DNA of 64,000 nucleotides from a virus (Duplodnaviria; Caudoviricetes): IMG/VR virus record IMGVR_UViG_3300021400_003144; one strand, 5' to 3'. Shown piece by piece: positions 59,202 to 64,000 of this stretch (position 1 is its first letter; each line of letters starts with the position of its first letter). The notes under the pieces were generated by a model. It saw only the letters and a program-made list of their open reading frames with translations, ran no database searches and was not told where the DNA came from. The position numbers and the translations under genes were made by a program.

Positions 59202-60332
59202 ATGAAAAAGAGTATTCTATTAGGGTTAATAGTTATGTCATTATGTTCAATGACTGGCTGCGGTGGAATTGGAAATAACAATGTAGCTTCAAGTAGCACA
59301 GTTAATAAGTATGCTAGTGCTGTTGATTATAGTAAGTTAGACTACAAGGTTAATGTAACTGAAAAAACAAATATTGCTGACTATCTTGTAGGGTTTGATG
59401 AGTTCTGTGAGATTATGAAGCAGAATCGTATAGATGAATTAACAAAGCTCAAGCCAATTATAGGTAAATCTGATAATGATAAGAATATGCAGGTAGACAT
59501 ATATCAGAACATGATTGATGGATTGGATTCTGAGTATTTTAGAGCATACTGTGAGTCAGAATATCAGAGGCTATATGTAAATATAAGTAATATGCTTTCT
59601 CAGATGCCTTATATCAATGCAGAATGGGAAAAATACAGTGATACTGATATAAAGCTACTCGATAAGTGTGTTGTTCCTGATTGTGATGTAATTGACTATT
59701 ATGAGAAATATGTTACAGGTGATATACTTGATATGCTTGTAGATGCACACTTAAAGTATGAAAGTATGATTCAGTATGAGGCTAATTTAATTAGTGAACC
59801 TGACAAGGATTATAAGGAGATGTTCTATCTTGAAAAGATTTGTACTAATACAGATTATATAGATAACATTGAGCTAGATTTGAAGTTTACTGATAATGAT
59901 GATAAGCTGTATGGAACCAAAACAGTCAAAGTAAAAAATGGTGAGTTCACTGATGAATTAAAGAAAGCTATTGAAGGTCTTGATTTATACAGAAGTTATG
60001 ATTTCTATGATGGAGAATTTGCACATATAGCATCAAATGCTGTTAATAGTCTTTGTGTTGAATATGATAAGGACATGCAGATTAAATATATAAAAGATTT
60101 GGAATTTGATTATAGCTTATGCGACCAGTTAGATGCTAATGATTTATTTAAGCTAAATCTTAAGATTAAAAATATTAAGCATAAGGATGATATTCCAGCT
60201 CAGGATAAATTTGAGGATGAGCTTAATGAAAAATCTAAGATCATGGAAGCTCAAGTGTTGATTTATGATAATATTATGCAGAGTATTAATGATAGTGTAG
60301 CCACTCAAAGTGAGGTTGAGACTGTAGAATAG
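59202..60332 (+). CDS. Lipoprotein, function unknown
   Basis: MKKSILLGLIVMSLCSMTGC lipobox. Confidence 0.8.
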   Translation: MKKSILLGLIVMSLCSMTGCGGIGNNNVASSSTVNKYASAVDYSKLDYKVNVTEKTNIADYLVGFDEFCEIMKQNRIDELTKLKPIIGKSDNDKNMQVDIYQNMIDGLDSEYFRAYCESEYQRLYVNISNMLSQMPYINAEWEKYSDTDIKLLDKCVVPDCDVIDYYEKYVTGDILDMLVDAHLKYESMIQYEANLISEPDKDYKEMFYLEKICTNTDYIDNIELDLKFTDNDDKLYGTKTVKVKNGEFTDELKKAIEGLDLYRSYDFYDGEFAHIASNAVNSLCVEYDKDMQIKYIKDLEFDYSLCDQLDANDLFKLNLKIKNIKHKDDIPAQDKFEDELNEKSKIMEAQVLIYDNIMQSINDSVATQSEVETVE

Positions 60333-60385
60333 TAGGAGGTATAATATTTATTTATTTTATCTATATTTTTGGAGGAGTAACATAA

Positions 60386-61228
60386 TTGAATAAAACAGTA
60401 TTCGAAACTAGAAGGCATTTCATTTGTAGCTGTTTAATTATAGCAACTACAACAGTACTTGGTATAAATAATGGATACTCAAGTATTGAAGCTGAAACAC
60501 TTAATCAAAGTGAGTATACTGAAGCTAATGAAAGTGTAAAGCATGTAGTAGACGTTGTTTACAACGATAAGCTTATGTCTGAAACTACAGAAGCCATTAT
60601 TGACGCTAAAGAAAATGTAGAGAATCCTGATATTGCATCTGTATCAGGAGACAATGAAGCAGAAGTTGAATCTGAGTATGATACTGATGGAACAGTTATT
60701 ACAGACGATTGGACAGAAAGCGATGATGTAGACATTGAAGATATTATAGAGCAGAGAGATGATGAGTTACTTACAAAATATTCTTATGCTCTATATGATG
60801 ATTCTGGAGCTAGAAATGATATAAACGGAGAGATTTTAAGTTTAGCTGAAAATCTTTGTGCACAGCAGGATATTGACCCTAATCTTTTCTTAGCTATAGT
60901 AATGACAGAGTCTCAAGGACATGCAAATGCTAAAAATAAGCATTCTACTGCTACTGGATTTGGTCAGTTACTAAAGTCTACTGGAAAGTGGTGTTATGAA
61001 GATTTGCTTGGATATGGAAAAGGAACATACTATCATGATTTGGCATATAATCCTGAGTTAAATGTAGCTATGACAATTAGTTTATTAGGAGAGCTAAAGC
61101 GTGAGTATAACGGAAACATGTACAGAGCGGTTCAGCACTATAGAGGTAAAAATGACATCTCAGATTATTTAAGTGAGATGAATAGGTGGCTTAGCAAAGG
61201 TGGCTTGGATGTAAGTTATTACGTTTAA
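60386..61228 (+). CDS. Lytic transglycosylase (SLT domain), exported
   Basis: AIVMTESQG...STATGFGQL...YNPELNV; N-terminal hydrophobic segment; GGAGGAG RBS. Confidence 0.85.
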   Translation: MNKTVFETRRHFICSCLIIATTTVLGINNGYSSIEAETLNQSEYTEANESVKHVVDVVYNDKLMSETTEAIIDAKENVENPDIASVSGDNEAEVESEYDTDGTVITDDWTESDDVDIEDIIEQRDDELLTKYSYALYDDSGARNDINGEILSLAENLCAQQDIDPNLFLAIVMTESQGHANAKNKHSTATGFGQLLKSTGKWCYEDLLGYGKGTYYHDLAYNPELNVAMTISLLGELKREYNGNMYRAVQHYRGKNDISDYLSEMNRWLSKGGLDVSYYV

Positions 61229-61279
61229 GTTATTTGGGTTAAACATTTAAGGCTAATAGTTATATCTTGAGGTATTTGT

Positions 61280-61951
61280 ATGGGTGAAGATAGAATAAGT
61301 AAATATAAAAAATTAATGATATTAGCTATTATAATTATTGTGACTTGTATAATTATTATAGTAGCTAATAGTTTATTAAAATCAAATAAAGAAATTGATA
61401 TTGAAACTGTTGGTAATCAAGATATAACTATTAATATGAGTGAAGAGGAAACTGATGTAGCAGAGAGTGAAGAAGATGCTAATGGAAATGAGCAGTCAGT
61501 TATTGGTGTATACAATAAGTTGATGAATGATGTCATTTCAATTAAGAGCGGAGATGCTTCTGTAATTAAGAAATACTATGGAGATAGTGATGAGTTTGTA
61601 AATAGAAGTTATGAGATATTCAGTACTTTAAAAGTAGAGAAGCTTGATGAAAATGATGATGCTTTTAGAATAAAAGTAACTACTCTTGACTATGAGTTAA
61701 TAGATATGGATAGAAAAGAGTTTACACGTCAAGTATTAGAAGCTAACTCTGGTATTTCAGATGAAAACCTGAAAAGTTATGTTGATGTAAATATAAATGA
61801 GAATAAGGACAATGGAAAATATTATTGTTACTTTATATTAACAATAAGTAAAGATGAAAATGTTAATTATATCACTGAAAATTTAAAGAAAGCATTGAGT
61901 GGTAAGTACTATAACAGTCTATTTTGTAGTATAGAGTCATACAATGAATAA
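61280..61951 (+). CDS. Membrane-anchored hypothetical protein
   Basis: N-terminal TM helix. Confidence 0.75.
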   Translation: MGEDRISKYKKLMILAIIIIVTCIIIIVANSLLKSNKEIDIETVGNQDITINMSEEETDVAESEEDANGNEQSVIGVYNKLMNDVISIKSGDASVIKKYYGDSDEFVNRSYEIFSTLKVEKLDENDDAFRIKVTTLDYELIDMDRKEFTRQVLEANSGISDENLKSYVDVNINENKDNGKYYCYFILTISKDENVNYITENLKKALSGKYYNSLFCSIESYNE

Positions 61952-61975
61952 GTGATTTAGAATATAGAATTTGTA

Positions 61976-62006
61976 AAAACCACATCGTGACATTGATGTG
62001 GTTTTT
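61976..62006 (+). terminator. Intrinsic terminator
   Basis: aaaaccacatc...gatgtggttttt. Confidence 0.85.
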
Positions 62007-62131
62007 ATGCTCTTATAGAATATAGTAGGTAGAGTGAAAATTATGATTATATAAGACATTAAAAAGTGAGATATATAGTTAAATTATGTGGAAAATTAAG
62101 TTTAACTTAGAACGGAAAAGGGGAACATCAA

Positions 62132-62491
62132 ATGAAAGATTTAAACAGTGAAAGAGTTAAAACTTGCAAGGAGATTTTATTATATGCAGCATATTTTAAG
62201 GATTGTAGCAATAATGAGAAGTATTACATTATTAAGAAGGATAGACAATTTCCTAATATGATGAATAGTGCAGTTAATCTAGCTAATATGTTCTTAGCAG
62301 GGAGGTTAGGTTATCATAATGGGTTAGATGAAGCACTAAGAAGATGTAAAAATGTAATTAGTAAAGATACTATTAAGAGTTATCGTGATATGCTGATTAT
62401 AAATGACTTTAGACGTGGAATGGATGTTAAGAGCTTATCAGAGAAATATGGTCTTAGCACAGTGACAATTAATACTAAAGTTGGTTGCTAA
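62132..62491 (+). CDS. Protein with C-terminal Mor-like helix-turn-helix
   Basis: RDMLIINDFRRGMDVKSLSEKYGLSTVTI. Confidence 0.65.
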   Translation: MKDLNSERVKTCKEILLYAAYFKDCSNNEKYYIIKKDRQFPNMMNSAVNLANMFLAGRLGYHNGLDEALRRCKNVISKDTIKSYRDMLIINDFRRGMDVKSLSEKYGLSTVTINTKVGC

Positions 62492-62539
62492 GGATTTTAA
62501 GAATAGCTTGTTTAAATAAATGAGAGGACAAGATACAAT

Positions 62540-63199
62540 ATGTTAAATACCAAAAAGATTGTTAAAGGCAGTGATGAATATAAGATTTTAACTTCAATAA
62601 GCATTGAAGATTACCTAAATAACACTGTATTGCCAGATATGCCATGGTATTTTGATGAGAGTAAAATTGATTTTGATTTTAAACCTACAACAAGATGCCC
62701 ATTACATAGTGAGGATACAGCATCATTCAGAAATTACTTCAATGATGAGAATGATATAAAATATACATCCTTCTATTGTTTTGGTTGTGGTAAGGGTGGA
62801 ACAGTTATAAATCTACATATGTACTATGTAGAGAATAAGACAGGTCGTAAGATAAGTTATGCTGAGGCTATTCAGAACCTAAAGGAAATGTTTAGTGACA
62901 AGTTAGGACAGTCTGGAAATGCTAAGATAGCAGAAGGTCTTAACAAAGTTGCTAAGATGGTTCCTAAGGGAGCATCAGCACCTATAGAGCAGAATAAAGC
63001 TGACCTGTATGAGTTTGATAGTCTATATACTAAGGTTGATAAGATTCTTCAGGTTGAGGAAATGAGTCTTGAAGATAAAAAACAGATGTACAGAGCATTA
63101 GATGACTCAATACGATTAGTCAGAGATAATAGAGTTAAAGCCAGTGAGGGTACTAAATACTTAGAAGATATGTGTGAGAAGCATCATATATACTTTTAA
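62540..63199 (+). CDS. Stand-alone CHC2 zinc-finger (DnaG-type zinc-binding domain) protein
   Basis: RCPLHSEDTASF...FYCFGCGKGG...SYAEAIQNL; no TOPRIM domain. Confidence 0.85.
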   Translation: MLNTKKIVKGSDEYKILTSISIEDYLNNTVLPDMPWYFDESKIDFDFKPTTRCPLHSEDTASFRNYFNDENDIKYTSFYCFGCGKGGTVINLHMYYVENKTGRKISYAEAIQNLKEMFSDKLGQSGNAKIAEGLNKVAKMVPKGASAPIEQNKADLYEFDSLYTKVDKILQVEEMSLEDKKQMYRALDDSIRLVRDNRVKASEGTKYLEDMCEKHHIYF

Positions 63200-63263
63200 T
63201 AGCTAGTTAATAGTATTAGAAGTAAATTAAAAATTATTTTATGAGTTTATAGGAGAGATTAAA

Positions 63264-64000
63264 ATGGCTATTTATAGTTGTATTGGATACCCTGGAAGTA
63301 AGCGTAAGTGCATTGACCTTATTATGGATACAATTCCTGATGGAATTACAGATTGGAGAGAGCCATTCTTTGGAAGTGGAAGTGTTACACTTGGATTTCT
63401 TCAGAGTCCTAAGAGTAAGGATTGTAAGAGATTTGTAGTTGGTGACCTTGCTTCTGAGATTTGGGCATTATGGGCAGGCATTCAGAAAGATGAAAAAGCA
63501 GTAGTAGCTAATGTTGAGAAATTCTGGCGTGAGCATATTAAGTCTTATGACGAGAGTTTAACATTTGGAATTGATCCAGAAGTAAATAAAGAGTTAGCAG
63601 ATAGAAATAGAGCTGAAGCAGATGCATTTTGGAAGTGGACACAGACTGTTGATACTAAGGGCATGACTCTTGAGGAAAGAGCAGCAAGAACATGGTTAGC
63701 TAATAGAATTTCATTTAGTTCAATGGGTGATAGCGGTTCAATGAGCTATGATAACTTTAGAAAGTTTAGACTTGAGCATACTCAGAAGATTTTGGATATG
63801 GCTCCTTATCTTAAGAGATTGGAGATTCTGAATGTTCCATTTACTGTGACGATGAAAGATGTACCAGTAGAGAGTGGTTTCATTTTCTTAGACCCTCCAT
63901 ATATGAATCAGGAGAAGAGTGGTCTATATGGTAAGAATGGAGATACACATCATGGATTTCCACATCAGGAGTTTGCTGATTTATGCAAAGCAACTAAGGC
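63264..64000 (+). CDS. D12-class (Dam-like) DNA adenine methyltransferase, 3'-truncated by window edge
   Basis: Translated by hand: MAIYSCIGYPGSKRK...REPFFGSGSV...FIFLDPPY; AGGAG RBS. Confidence 0.88.
   Translation, partial: MAIYSCIGYPGSKRKCIDLIMDTIPDGITDWREPFFGSGSVTLGFLQSPKSKDCKRFVVGDLASEIWALWAGIQKDEKAVVANVEKFWREHIKSYDESLTFGIDPEVNKELADRNRAEADAFWKWTQTVDTKGMTLEERAARTWLANRISFSSMGDSGSMSYDNFRKFRLEHTQKILDMAPYLKRLEILNVPFTVTMKDVPVESGFIFLDPPYMNQEKSGLYGKNGDTHHGFPHQEFADLCKATK

Noticed and set aside
1-64000. tRNA, rRNA, cas genes, transposases, integrases, virion structural genes
   Set aside because: No recognisable motifs by eye; divergent ones cannot be excluded without tRNAscan or HMM searches.

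Overview
AT-rich (roughly 30% GC by eye), purine-skewed window in which all credible genes lie on the + strand. They form short units bounded by intrinsic terminators, and ten near-identical sigmaA-type extended -10 promoters are visible. There are no rRNA, tRNA, ribosomal-protein or core metabolic operons and no recognisable virion structural genes. The content (ThyX-like, HNH, SF2 helicase, stand-alone CHC2 zinc finger, Dam-like MTase, many small orphans) best fits a jumbo phage or giant extrachromosomal element of a Firmicutes host; the cell-wall-binding repeats and ATPSE motifs suggest Lachnospiraceae. This assignment is inference. Notable content: (i) three giant surface proteins sharing one constant C-terminal module but with different N-termini, one carrying DUF285-type LRR arrays with hypervariable positions; (ii) an envelope and export kit (class A PBP, SLT, SleB-like hydrolase, signal peptidase I, DUF1002); (iii) a shared ~65-aa N-terminal module on an R-S-E ADP-ribosyltransferase-like protein and on unrelated proteins; (iv) defence-derived genes that look disabled or orphaned (half-MTase + McrB + McrC lacking the catalytic Lys, GIY-YIG/DUF4357, DUF3791-like, HipA-N-like); (v) an orphan three-unit CRISPR-like hairpin repeat at 31.4-31.5 kb. 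Family calls come from motif recognition only; no searches were run.
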